A stretch of DNA of 60,083 bases, from IMG/VR virus record IMGVR_UViG_3300030109_004892, positions 1 through 60,083 of that record; one strand, 5' to 3'. Under the pieces are notes generated by a model. It saw only the letters and a program-made list of their open reading frames with translations, ran no database searches and was not told where the DNA came from. Position 1 is the stretch's first letter. Each line of letters begins with the position of its first letter. Positions 38,844 to 47,072 of this stretch are shown here, piece after piece. Source of the DNA: a virus (taxonomy: Duplodnaviria > Caudoviricetes). The position numbers and the translations under genes are program-made.

Positions 38844-39440
38844 TTATCTGATTTTCATTCTTTTTAATTTAGTTTTATATTTTTTAATATAAGTTTTGGC
38901 TCTTTGTTCTTTTGTTCCCCAAGACTTAATTAATTTTTCTAAATTAATTCTTTTAGCATTTTGTTTTTCATCTTTAGTAGGTTTAGCTTTTGGTTTACTT
39001 TTAAGTTTACCTTCAAGCCAACCACTATTAATGACAAACTGTGCCATCTCTTGCTCAATTTTAGCTTGAGCAAGGTCATGATCATTTGAATTTGGAAAAC
39101 GAAAATCATGAACATAATGTGAAACATCATGTACTAATCTTCGCCAACCTTTTGAAAGAGTATTGGTATCACCATTAAGACTTAACCAACATTTTCTAAC
39201 TTCGGTTTTCCAAGTTTTAGTTTTCTTAAATCTCCACCTTCTAACAGGTAGTTTATAAGTTATCCATTTATTGGATAATTCAGACCAAACTTTTTTAGTT
39301 CCAAATTTAGCTATCAATTTTTTGTAAGCTCTTTCAGCTTCATCTCTTTCTAAGATGGGTAGTTGATCAGGAAACATACGATTAACTTGACCATAAGTTT
39401 TTTTAGCAACCTGATTTATTTGTTGATGCAAAGTTTGCAT
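38844..39440 (-). CDS. Hypothetical protein with HExxH-like (HDVSH..H) metal motif
   Basis: GWRRLVHDVSHYVH...H. Confidence 0.7.
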   Translation of the reverse strand: MQTLHQQINQVAKKTYGQVNRMFPDQLPILERDEAERAYKKLIAKFGTKKVWSELSNKWITYKLPVRRWRFKKTKTWKTEVRKCWLSLNGDTNTLSKGWRRLVHDVSHYVHDFRFPNSNDHDLAQAKIEQEMAQFVINSGWLEGKLKSKPKAKPTKDEKQNAKRINLEKLIKSWGTKEQRAKTYIKKYKTKLKRMKIR

Positions 39441-39836
39441 AATTCACTTCCTTTTAGTTAAGAGTCATATTCACTTTTTAAAGAACAGTATCTAATCATT
39501 ACTTATGAAGTAATTTTTAATACAACAACAAAAAGATTATAACATTTTTTTAAAAAAATTTCTTACGACTAAAAATTTTGGGAATCAAAATCTGCTAAAT
39601 ATTTTTTTTAATCGCAGAAAATCATGCGACAATGTTTCCATAATAGATGAAATTAGTTTTTTTGAGGGTTAAATTTTTTCCTCGCAACAGCGCAGTTTAC
39701 TTGGGGTGATTTTTTTTATCCACAGGATTTTCTGCCAATTATTTTTTAGATCCGAAGTGTCTTTCCCCAGCTATAAAGATCATAAGGGCAATACAAATCA
39801 AAACAATAAGTATCGCCCCTAGTAGAATATTAGTTA

Positions 39837-40067
39837 TCAAGCTACCTCCTCCTTTTTTACTTCTTCTTCGTAATACCCTTTAGCAATCGCAACCTCATGA
39901 TCAAAGTTGTAATGATCTTTAATTTCAGAAATATCAGGGTAGAATTTACAGTAGTGCATAATATCTGCAATTATATCAGCAACTCTACCATGATCTTTAT
40001 CTTCTCCAATCATTTCTTTAATTCTATTTGCTCTTTCGTAGTTTGATTTATAAAAAGGATTACTCAT
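39837..40067 (-). CDS. Early hypothetical protein
   Basis: D.IAD.MHYC motif; coupled operon. Confidence 0.7.
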   Translation of the reverse strand: MSNPFYKSNYERANRIKEMIGEDKDHGRVADIIADIMHYCKFYPDISEIKDHYNFDHEVAIAKGYYEEEVKKEEVA

Positions 40068-40540
40068 GCTACCCCCTCAAGTTTGGTGCTGTTAGCGTAT
40101 GGTTTCCATTCTCTCTTCCACATAAAAGTCTTTCTTTCTTTTCCATCCAAATTATTGATAATAAATGATTCCTTTTTAATTTTAAGTTTTGGATAGACAA
40201 CTCTTAGCATAGCTCTAATGGAAGATGATATGTTTTTATAATGTTTATCGTCCTCCACTATGTCGTATAGATTTTTCAAAAATGGATTATCTGTATCCTC
40301 AGTATAGTAATCTCCGACTATCGCTACATGATCACCGGTCCACCGGCCAATGAATTTATGACCAGATACATCACCACCTCCTCGATTGTCATTACCTTGC
40401 GCAATCATCAAACAATAAAGGACATCGGCCATTGAACCTTCAAATCCTATTTGTTCGTAATGTTTTGCCATGATTCCTATATCATGGCCCACGACATATT
40501 CTTTTTTAGTTATGTTAATTAACTTATGATACTGTCCCAT
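40064..40540 (-). CDS. Early conserved protein (MGQY...GRWxGD...VGDY family)
   Basis: Motifs seen in translation; GGAGG RBS. Confidence 0.75.
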   Translation of the reverse strand: MGQYHKLINITKKEYVVGHDIGIMAKHYEQIGFEGSMADVLYCLMIAQGNDNRGGGDVSGHKFIGRWTGDHVAIVGDYYTEDTDNPFLKNLYDIVEDDKHYKNISSSIRAMLRVVYPKLKIKKESFIINNLDGKERKTFMWKREWKPYANSTKLEGVA

Positions 40541-40776
40541 TACGCTACCTCCAATAGAAATTCACTGCACCTTGTTTTCTCGTTCCAATCGCAAGTAAAA
40601 TTTTCTGCTCTTGGACAATCAGCACAAGGTAACATTTCCTTATGATTACATTCTGAACAATTAGATTTACCATGAGATAAAATCTCAACTTGACATCCAC
40701 AATCTGGACATACTTCATTAACAGTAAATGGTTTAGTAAATCTAACTTTCCATTGCTCTTGTAAATAGTCAATCAT
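40540..40776 (-). CDS. Cys-rich zinc-ribbon early protein
   Basis: CPDC...CSEC...PCADC...C...C. Confidence 0.7.
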   Translation of the reverse strand: MIDYLQEQWKVRFTKPFTVNEVCPDCGCQVEILSHGKSNCSECNHKEMLPCADCPRAENFTCDWNEKTRCSEFLLEVA

Positions 40777-40940
40777 TGCGCAACCTCCTCTGGTTCTCTC
40801 ATTCCATCATCATAATTAGGATCATTAACTCTATCCCAAATGTCCTGATTTATTGCGCCATGCTTTAAACAAAACTGAAGTTTTGATAATTCAGCCGCCT
40901 CTTCTTCCATAGTAAGCAACCATGCTTTCATTTTACCCAT
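40773..40940 (-). CDS. Early small protein (55 aa), MGKMKAW..MEE type
   Basis: GGAGG RBS; first gene downstream of the promoter at 41002. Confidence 0.7.
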   Translation of the reverse strand: MGKMKAWLLTMEEEAAELSKLQFCLKHGAINQDIWDRVNDPNYDDGMREPEEVAQ

Positions 40941-40973
40941 ATTCGCCTCCGTTTTTAAGGGTTATTTATATAC

Positions 40974-41002
40974 TAAATATCCCATGTAATATAAGATGTC
41001 AA
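40974..41002 (-). promoter_or_regulatory. Early sigma70 promoter with operator half-sites
   Basis: TTGACA-17-TATTTA; ATCCCAT and ATAAGAT overlap the spacer. Confidence 0.65.
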
Positions 41003-41106
41003 TAAAAAATGTCCCTCACACAGAAGAATGAAAACTATGTGAGGGAAGGGAGTGAATAACCTCTTTTTGATTGAGGCAAGACCATCTATACACATAATCA
41101 ATACAG

Positions 41107-41266
41107 TGTATAGTGTTTTTTGACCCTATTCTCTTTACAAAAACTCACTTACCCCCTTGTAGCGGCGTAGCAGTGTAGCAGTAGAGAAAATCACTATACA
41201 TATCAATGATTTAAACCTCAATTTGATGCTACGTCAGTGCTACACCATAGAAATCAGGCGTAGCAG
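41107..41266. repeat. Iteron-like YGTAGCRG repeats around an IHF-consensus site (origin/pac candidate)
   Basis: Three tandem, two inverted and one further direct copy; TATCAATGATTTA at 41201-41213. Confidence 0.6.
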
Positions 41267-41315
41267 TAAATAATTAAAATCTTTATTTTCTGCCAATTTA
41301 AATTATAAGAATAGT

Positions 41316-41819
41316 ATGGATATTGATATCATTAGAGATAGATTAACCCCTAAACAGATTAAATTTTGTGTTTTGTTCGTTGAACATGGAGAAGAAATGA
41401 CAGCCAAAGATTGTGCAATCCAAGCAGGATATGCTGAATCAGTGGCGGCAAAGACTGCATCTGAACTTAGAAAAAAACCTCATGTGGCTGAGTATATTAG
41501 AGAACTTAGAAATCAGGAGGAAAAGAAATATGAGGTTAATCTTCATAGGCATTTGAAAAGATTAGATCAATTAAGTAAAGGTGCTGAGGATAAAGGCAAC
41601 TGGAATGCGGCGGTTCAAGCTGAGAAATCTAGAGGTCAAGTGGCTGGTCTTTACATTGATCGAAAAGAAATCATGCATGGATCTATTGACCAGCTTAGTC
41701 GAGAAGAAGTGGATAAATTACTAACAGATATGGATAAGAAATTATCTATCGAAGGGAGCTTTGAAGTATTAGATGACGACAAAACCGGAGACAAAATTCT
41801 GGAAAAGGATAAAGGATAA
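41316..41819 (+). CDS. terS: Terminase small subunit
   Basis: LTPKQ.KF...AIQAGY...ASEL...V..YI; AV.AE..RG...GLY. Confidence 0.85.
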   Translation: MDIDIIRDRLTPKQIKFCVLFVEHGEEMTAKDCAIQAGYAESVAAKTASELRKKPHVAEYIRELRNQEEKKYEVNLHRHLKRLDQLSKGAEDKGNWNAAVQAEKSRGQVAGLYIDRKEIMHGSIDQLSREEVDKLLTDMDKKLSIEGSFEVLDDDKTGDKILEKDKG

Positions 41820-42183
41820 GTTTACAAAAATTACCCTCACTAGAGTTGAGGCCATTACTCCTACAGGACTGCCTGATTTAAATGCTTTTTTTATTGACAA
41901 CGAAAAAAGATGTCATGAATTTTGGATCGAGTTGAAGGTAAGTTCAGGTAATCAGGTTAAGCTATCGCCAGGTCAAATATCGTGGCATATGCACAGATTT
42001 AAATTGGGTGCTAAATCAATTATCATGGTACAGACCCCCTCTCGAAGAGGCATTGCTCTGTACTCTGGGGGAAGGTCCTTGAACCTTGCGTCCCAAGGCT
42101 TGAACCTTGAACCCTGTGCCTTGTTCCCTGAGCCTTGTGCCTGGCAGGAGCTTGAGTCTTGCCTCATGAATCTTGCGTCTTAA
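41773..42183 (+). CDS. PD-(D/E)XK nuclease (VRR-NUC / Holliday junction resolvase-like)
   Basis: E..FW...R.E...GLPD...WIELK...LSP.Q..WH. Confidence 0.8.
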   Translation: MTTKPETKFWKRIKDKFTKITLTRVEAITPTGLPDLNAFFIDNEKRCHEFWIELKVSSGNQVKLSPGQISWHMHRFKLGAKSIIMVQTPSRRGIALYSGGRSLNLASQGLNLEPCALFPEPCAWQELESCLMNLAS

Positions 42184-42211
42184 CCTTGATCCTTGTGCCT
42201 TGATCCTTGTT
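42077..42211 (+). repeat. Heptamer tandem array 1 (consensus CCYTGWN)
   Basis: CCTTGAA CCTTGCG ... CCCTGTG CCTTGTT CCCTGAG CCTTGTG ... CCTTGAT CCTTGTG CCTTGAT CCTTGTT. Confidence 0.85.
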
Positions 42212-42341
42212 CAATCCTATCGCATTCCTCACATATTATTTCTAATTCGTATTCATAACCTTTTTCTGTGTCAGATATTTTTACATCACATCTGTCACAA
42301 ACTAGTTCTATGTCTTCATCATAAAGATTAATGAGCGACAT
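42180..42341 (-). CDS. Small zinc-finger protein (53 aa)
   Basis: CDRC...CEEC; overlaps the stop of the upstream gene. Confidence 0.55.
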   Translation of the reverse strand: MSLINLYDEDIELVCDRCDVKISDTEKGYEYELEIICEECDRIEQGSRHKDQG

Positions 42342-42957
42342 AACTTACATTCTGTATATTGATATTCCAACAAGCCCTGCAAGACTTGCATTCGTTGCCT
42401 TGCTTATTAGCTGGGCAACTGTAACCAATTGCTTTTGATTTTTGGTGAACTGTTGACGTTAGCCCCACGTTAGAGTGAGGCTTTCCGTCAATCATCGTAG
42501 CTGAAACCCTGATCGCCAGGTTTCCAGGAAGTGAATGACCCTCTTTTAAATAGGTCTTCAAGATACCGGCTTCACGTGTTGGCAACCAATGTCTCACTTT
42601 TGGCGTTGCCATTGCTACAGCTACAATCTTTTTAAGATGGTCAAGTGACTGTAAATCGCCTGAATCGTGCCATCTGAAATAAGGAATTTTTTTACTATAG
42701 TTATTTATTAATAGAATCATAGACTCAACCCAATTGTCATTGGTGATAGATTCTAATCTGTTAGCGTGAGCCGCTTTCACGCCCTTAAAAGTATAGCGAC
42801 CCTTCAATGCATAACACATTGAGCAAGTACTATTTTTTATTAGTCTAAGTTTAGATCCTACGCTGCATTCAAATGCGCTTAGACCGTAACCATACCCAGG
42901 CATCTTGGATGGTTTACTTAAACCGCCAACGTTTGCCCATGCTTCTTTTATATTCAT
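42328..42957 (-). CDS. Gp88-family Cys-rich protein (true start ATG 42957)
   Basis: SKMPG...C..G......C..CYA..G.Y...FRWHDSGD...HWLPTRE...CPA...C..C..CW; AAGGGGTG RBS. Confidence 0.8.
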   Translation of the reverse strand: MNIKEAWANVGGLSKPSKMPGYGYGLSAFECSVGSKLRLIKNSTCSMCYALKGRYTFKGVKAAHANRLESITNDNWVESMILLINNYSKKIPYFRWHDSGDLQSLDHLKKIVAVAMATPKVRHWLPTREAGILKTYLKEGHSLPGNLAIRVSATMIDGKPHSNVGLTSTVHQKSKAIGYSCPANKQGNECKSCRACWNINIQNVSYVAH

Positions 42958-42984
42958 AATATTCACCCCTTTATTATTTATTAT

Positions 42985-43013
42985 TATATAAGATATTATG
43001 GGAACATAATCAA
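42985..43013 (-). promoter_or_regulatory. Early promoter with operator half-sites
   Basis: TTGATT-17-TATATA; ATAAGAT-att-ATGGGAA. Confidence 0.55.
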
Positions 43014-43033
43014 GTAAATAATTAAAAAAAATT

Positions 43034-43114
43034 TCTTGATTCCTGGGCCTTGTGTCTTGTTCCCTGTGGCCCTTGTTCCCTGTGGCCCCTGTTCCTTGTT
43101 CCCTGTGCCTTGTT
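43034..43114 (+). repeat. Heptamer tandem array 2 (CCYTGTK)
   Basis: About 11 units such as CCTTGTT/CCCTGTG; non-coding. Confidence 0.85.
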
Positions 43115-43127
43115 TCTTTTTTAATGT

Positions 43128-43292
43128 AGTGGGGGGACGTTTGCAAAACTTCGAATCGGATTCAGAATCCCCCCGTGTGCCATGGTATACTTCGGGCGAC
43201 CATGCTACCCCTTTTTGGGCTGGTGGGTATACACTAGAAATTAATCGTTTTAACACCAACCCAAAACTCTTAAATTTATTCACCCATAATTT
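43128..43292 (-). ncRNA. Candidate structured non-coding RNA
   Basis: GC-rich, several hairpins, no credible ORF, just downstream of a leftward promoter. Confidence 0.35.
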
Positions 43293-43315
43293 ATTCCCTT
43301 TTTTAAAATTAATAA

Positions 43316-43347
43316 TTGACATTACATAAGATTTATCCCATAGTCAA
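43316..43347. promoter_or_regulatory. Overlapping divergent promoters with palindromic operator
   Basis: + TTGACA-17-CATAGT; - TTGACT-17-TAATGT; ATAAGAT-tt-ATCCCAT. Confidence 0.7.
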
Positions 43348-43378
43348 GTATTAATTAACCATAACAGAGGAGTGTATT

Positions 43379-43948
43379 ATGGCTGAAATGAAAGTATATC
43401 AGAGGGAACATTTTGAGAGAAAAATAAATCAGCTCTTAACCCCTGAGATTGAAAAAGAAGAGATGTTATTATCATCAACTATTGCTGATATGACAGAGTC
43501 GGCTGAGAAAAACTTAGCAAAAAAAATCGGGGCGGATAAGATTATTAATGAACTTGAACTTGCTGAATTACAATTAGAAAGAGCAAGAAGCAAGGCAATA
43601 AGTTTTTTTAGACAAGCGTCTAGGAAGCGGGTATCATTTAAAAAATCTTTATCGTATGATTTTGAATATAGGGAAAATTCAAAAACTATAACGCCAAAGT
43701 ATTGTAGAGACCAGATTAGAACTTGGGCTCAGAAACTTGCACAAAAAGAAGCCGAGAAGCTACCTATTGGAAGACGCATTAGTTATCTTAAAGCAGTACA
43801 AACAAATGCTCAGGATACTATTATGGAATGTCATGTAGGTACTGAGTTAAAAGATATGTTAGGTGATATCTTGAAACCTTTAGGTTTAGCTTGGCAGCGA
43901 CCACTACCTGCGATTGCCCCACCAAGTAAGGACATACCTGAAGATTAA
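43379..43948 (+). CDS. Early helical hypothetical protein
   Basis: GAGGAG RBS; own promoter and terminator. Confidence 0.75.
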   Translation: MAEMKVYQREHFERKINQLLTPEIEKEEMLLSSTIADMTESAEKNLAKKIGADKIINELELAELQLERARSKAISFFRQASRKRVSFKKSLSYDFEYRENSKTITPKYCRDQIRTWAQKLAQKEAEKLPIGRRISYLKAVQTNAQDTIMECHVGTELKDMLGDILKPLGLAWQRPLPAIAPPSKDIPED

Positions 43949-44015
43949 GAGTTTTAATTGCAACATAAGGCGTAAAGCATGGATATACTTGCCACCATGT
44001 GAGCGGTTAAAAATT

Positions 44016-44038
44016 AAGGGGGCATAAGCCCCCTTTTT
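44016..44038 (+). terminator. Intrinsic terminator, probably bidirectional
   Basis: AAGGGGGC-ATAA-GCCCCCTTTTT between convergent genes. Confidence 0.8.
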
Positions 44039-44177
44039 AATTGGTTTTATTTAATCTTGAAACCTTGAGCATTAGCTCATTAATCTTATCAATCCAAATT
44101 CTCTTGAGCCATGTGTCTTGAGTTATAGATAATTGTTTTTCTAAGATCCTTATTTTATGTAGTAGTATCTGTTCCAT
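44037..44177 (-). CDS. Small early protein (46 aa)
   Basis: MEQILLHKIRILEKQ...WIDKINELM; likely ATG at 44177. Confidence 0.55.
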   Translation of the reverse strand: MEQILLHKIRILEKQLSITQDTWLKRIWIDKINELMLKVSRLNKTN

Positions 44178-44179
44178 TT

Positions 44180-44251
44180 TTAAATCCAATGCGGAACAGC
44201 TAACATTAACAAGCTTACAAATAAAAATAAAATAAACCAATGTGCTTTCAT
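44180..44251 (-). CDS. 23-aa TM microprotein
   Basis: GAGGAG RBS, TAATG coupling; MKAHWFILFLFVSLLMLAVPHWI. Confidence 0.5.
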   Translation of the reverse strand: MKAHWFILFLFVSLLMLAVPHWI

Positions 44252-44418
44252 TACTCCTCCTCACCTATTACTAAATCAAAACACTTAATCCAACAAATAG
44301 ATAAACCTATTAAGAATACATCGCTAAAAAATGTGTATTGAAATATATTATAATCAGTTAGCAGCCACGCTAACATTAACGTAGTTAGTATTAACATTAT
44401 AACTTTTACTTGTTTCAT
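44251..44418 (-). CDS. Small two-TM early protein
   Basis: Hydrophobic ORF; likely ATG at 44418. Confidence 0.55.
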   Translation of the reverse strand: MKQVKVIMLILTTLMLAWLLTDYNIFQYTFFSDVFLIGLSICWIKCFDLVIGEEE

Positions 44419-44420
44419 AA

Positions 44421-44585
44421 TTACAGCCCCCAAGTTTCTATAAATTTTTGTAAAGTAAGAACATCATTATAAATGTGATTATCTCTTTCTTGTTCCTCAC
44501 ACTCCTCATAGTGTTTTAGTTCAAACTCATGCATATATTCTACAACCTTCTTTAAACTTTTTATTTCATCATTGTTCATTTTCAT
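44421..44585 (-). CDS. Small acidic early protein (54 aa)
   Basis: AAGGA RBS; ...VVEYM..E.KHYEE....NHIY. Confidence 0.6.
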   Translation of the reverse strand: MKMNNDEIKSLKKVVEYMHEFELKHYEECEEQERDNHIYNDVLTLQKFIETWGL

Positions 44586-44598
44586 TCCTTTAATTTAA

Positions 44599-44622
44599 TT
44601 GGGGCGTTTAATTACGCCCCAA
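44599..44622 (-). terminator. Hairpin (terminator/attenuator) within the early operon
   Basis: TTGGGGCGT-ttaatt-ACGCCCCAA. Confidence 0.55.
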
Positions 44623-44626
44623 GTAT

Positions 44627-44824
44627 TTAATCTTCATTAGGTCTTTCCCAATCTCCATAATCTTGGGCACATTCATTGTGATATTCGTTAATCATCTCTT
44701 CAATGATTTCGTCTACCTCTTCAGGCGTATGACCTTGACTACGCAACAACGCTCTTTGTTGTTGCTCCCATTCCTCCTCTATTGAAAGTTGGTTATTCAA
44801 AGCCATTGTATTTACTTTACCCAT
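44627..44824 (-). CDS. Acidic small early protein
   Basis: ORF track; Glu/Asp-rich. Confidence 0.65.
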   Translation of the reverse strand: MGKVNTMALNNQLSIEEEWEQQQRALLRSQGHTPEEVDEIIEEMINEYHNECAQDYGDWERPNED

Positions 44825-45090
44825 TCAATACCCCCTATCTTAAGACTTGTTAAAGTATTAAGATTAATAGACCTCCAAGACTTTTTCGGCTCTTTAGTTT
44901 TTCTTAATACTGTAATGTCAATCACTTCTAATAAGTGGTCTCTATTCCCTTTTAATTCTCCACCATTGAAAAACTTTTCATTAGTGGGTAGTTTGCAAAG
45001 CATAGTTCTTTTTGTTTTATCTGCTTTTATAAATTGTACAGAAAACAATTTAGAGCCGATACTTTGTTTTACATTCTTTTTTATAAACAT
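44812..45090 (-). CDS. SH3/Sm-like beta-barrel (WYL_2-like) protein
   Basis: FSV.FIK.D...R.M...V.D......WRSIN. Confidence 0.7.
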   Translation of the reverse strand: MFIKKNVKQSIGSKLFSVQFIKADKTKRTMLCKLPTNEKFFNGGELKGNRDHLLEVIDITVLRKTKEPKKSWRSINLNTLTSLKIGGIEWVK

Positions 45091-45122
45091 TTTATTTTTC
45101 CTTTATGTTAAATGTTTAAATA

Positions 45123-45183
45123 CTTATAAAATCTTATATTTCATAAGTCAAGATAAAATAGGAATTTTCCTATATTATCTTAT
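45123..45183 (-). promoter_or_regulatory. Early promoter with four operator half-sites
   Basis: TTGACT-17-TATAAG; ATCTTAT, ATAGGAA-tt-TTCCTAT, ATCTTAT. Confidence 0.65.
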
Positions 45184-45402
45184 ATAGGTAGACGGCTAAA
45201 AATTAAGAGTGTTTTAAATTAATTTATTTATTTGGGGATAACTTTTTTTTTCTTACCTACAGCATAAAAAGAAGTATCATTCCTTCAAATTTGAAAATAA
45301 AAAAATAAAAAAGGGGGCAACCCCTAAATTTTGGGTAGGTATTTATTATTTATATATATATATATTATTTTACTCATATAGACTTTATGGTATAAACATC
45401 GG

Positions 45403-46893
45403 ATGGCTGACCTTAATGCTTTTAAGAGGCTAACTAATTTTGATAATTTAAGCCCGAGTGAATTAGAGACATTACAAAAAAAGTTAACACTACGTAAAAA
45501 AACCTTTGATCTAAAATCATTGGCGCAAAATAATTTTTTAAAGTTTGTTAAACAAGTATGGCCTGAGTTTATAGAGGGGCCCCATCACATAAAAATTGCA
45601 GAAAAGTTTCAAGCATTAGCCGAGGGGAAGATAAAACGGCTAATTGTAAATATGCCACCCAGACATACAAAATCAGAATTTGCATCATTCTTATTTCCCG
45701 CATGGATGATGGGCCGTGATCCACGGCTCAAGATTATTCAAACCACCCACACAGCAGAACTATCTTATCGTTTCGGTAGAAAGGTTCGTAACCTTATGGA
45801 AGAAAATACTTTCCAAGATATTTTTGATGACATTCAATTATCCCAAGATTCAAAAGCTGCGGGACGTTGGGAAACAAATAAAGGGGGAGAGTACTTCGCC
45901 GCAGGTGTAGGTGGTGCAATTACAGGACGTGGTGCAGATTTATTAATTATTGATGATCCACATTCCGAGCAAGATGCACTAAGTGAAACGGCAATGGAGT
46001 CAGCTTACGAGTGGTATACATCTGGTCCAAGACAAAGACTTCAACCAGGCGGAAAGATTGTTATTGTTATGACAAGGTGGTCTACAAAAGATCTAACCGG
46101 AGAATTAATGAAAGCACAAAAAGATGTGAAAGCAGATCAGTGGGACGTGATTGAGTTTCCAGCAGTCTTGAATGATAAACCTATTTGGCCAGAATATTGG
46201 AAGCTAGAAGAATTAGAATCGGTTAAAGCTTCACTATCCGTTCCGAAATGGAATGCACAGTGGCAGCAGAATCCAACTTCAGAAGAAGGTTCCATTATAA
46301 AACGAGAGTACTGGCAGATTTGGGATAAGCCCAATCTCCCTAAATTACAACATGTCATTCAATCGTACGACACGGCCTATAGTAAAAAAGAAACTGCAGA
46401 CTTCTCAGCGATAACAACGTGGGGTGTATTTATGCATAATGATATTACCCCTAATATAATTTTGTTAGATGTAGAGAAAGGACGATGGGATTTTCCAAAA
46501 TTAAAAGATGTTGCTTTAGAGCAATATAAATACTGGGAGCCCGAGACAATAATCATTGAGGCGAAAGCAAGTGGATTACCCTTGACTCAAGAACTACGGC
46601 GCTTTGGTATTCCTGTTGTTAATTTTACACCGAGCCGTGGTAATGATAAACATGTAAGAGTAAATGCTGTATCAACACTATTTGAAGCAGGACAGGTATG
46701 GTGTACAGAAGACCGTTGGGCAGAAGAATTAGTTGAAGAATGTGCTGCTTTCCCTTATGGTGACAACGATGATTTAGTTGATAGCATGACACAAGCGTTA
46801 ATGCGTTATCGACAAGTAGGTTTGGCTGTACATCCAGAGGATTATGAGGATCCTCCAGGTCTTCCTCCTACGCAATTGTTGGAGTATTATTGA
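45403..46893 (+). CDS. terL: Terminase large subunit
   Basis: MPPRHTKS, GRGADLLIIDDP, MTRW, SYDTA, IEAKASG, FP....DDLVDS. Confidence 0.97.
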   Translation: MADLNAFKRLTNFDNLSPSELETLQKKLTLRKKTFDLKSLAQNNFLKFVKQVWPEFIEGPHHIKIAEKFQALAEGKIKRLIVNMPPRHTKSEFASFLFPAWMMGRDPRLKIIQTTHTAELSYRFGRKVRNLMEENTFQDIFDDIQLSQDSKAAGRWETNKGGEYFAAGVGGAITGRGADLLIIDDPHSEQDALSETAMESAYEWYTSGPRQRLQPGGKIVIVMTRWSTKDLTGELMKAQKDVKADQWDVIEFPAVLNDKPIWPEYWKLEELESVKASLSVPKWNAQWQQNPTSEEGSIIKREYWQIWDKPNLPKLQHVIQSYDTAYSKKETADFSAITTWGVFMHNDITPNIILLDVEKGRWDFPKLKDVALEQYKYWEPETIIIEAKASGLPLTQELRRFGIPVVNFTPSRGNDKHVRVNAVSTLFEAGQVWCTEDRWAEELVEECAAFPYGDNDDLVDSMTQALMRYRQVGLAVHPEDYEDPPGLPPTQLLEYY

Positions 46894-47072
46894 TGAAGAA
46901 GTCAAAATATAAACCAGGGTTCACGGTTAAAGGCACTAAAAGAAAAAAAACAAAGTCAGAAAAGGAAGCTGCCTCTTTCCAAAACCCAAAAAAAGGTTAT
47001 TATAAGTTTACACAACCTAAAAGTTGGGTATCATTATTAAAGAAAAAACAGAAGAAGAATAGATTAGTATGA
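46890..47072 (+). CDS. Lys-rich small protein
   Basis: ORF coupled to terL; GGAG RBS. Confidence 0.5.
   Translation: MMKKSKYKPGFTVKGTKRKKTKSEKEAASFQNPKKGYYKFTQPKSWVSLLKKKQKKNRLV

Noticed and set aside
39837-40790. Four consecutive early proteins ending EEVA/EGVA/LEVA/EEVAQ as a shared C-terminal tag
   Set aside because: Largely explained by the overlapping GGAGGT Shine-Dalgarno of the next gene, although the last gene has no obvious follower
41012-41046. CCCTCACA/TGTGAGGG hairpin as a terminator or ncRNA
   Set aside because: Large loop, no U-tract, single copy; insufficient support
42077-43114. CRISPR or mini-CRISPR array
   Set aside because: Units are 7-bp degenerate tandem repeats without spacers; no cas genes
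42958-43329. ORFs 42996-43322 (-), 43036-43329 (+) and the N-terminal extension of the Gp88-like ORF
   Set aside because: Open frames arise from stop-poor repeats and run across promoters; the real start has an RBS at 42957
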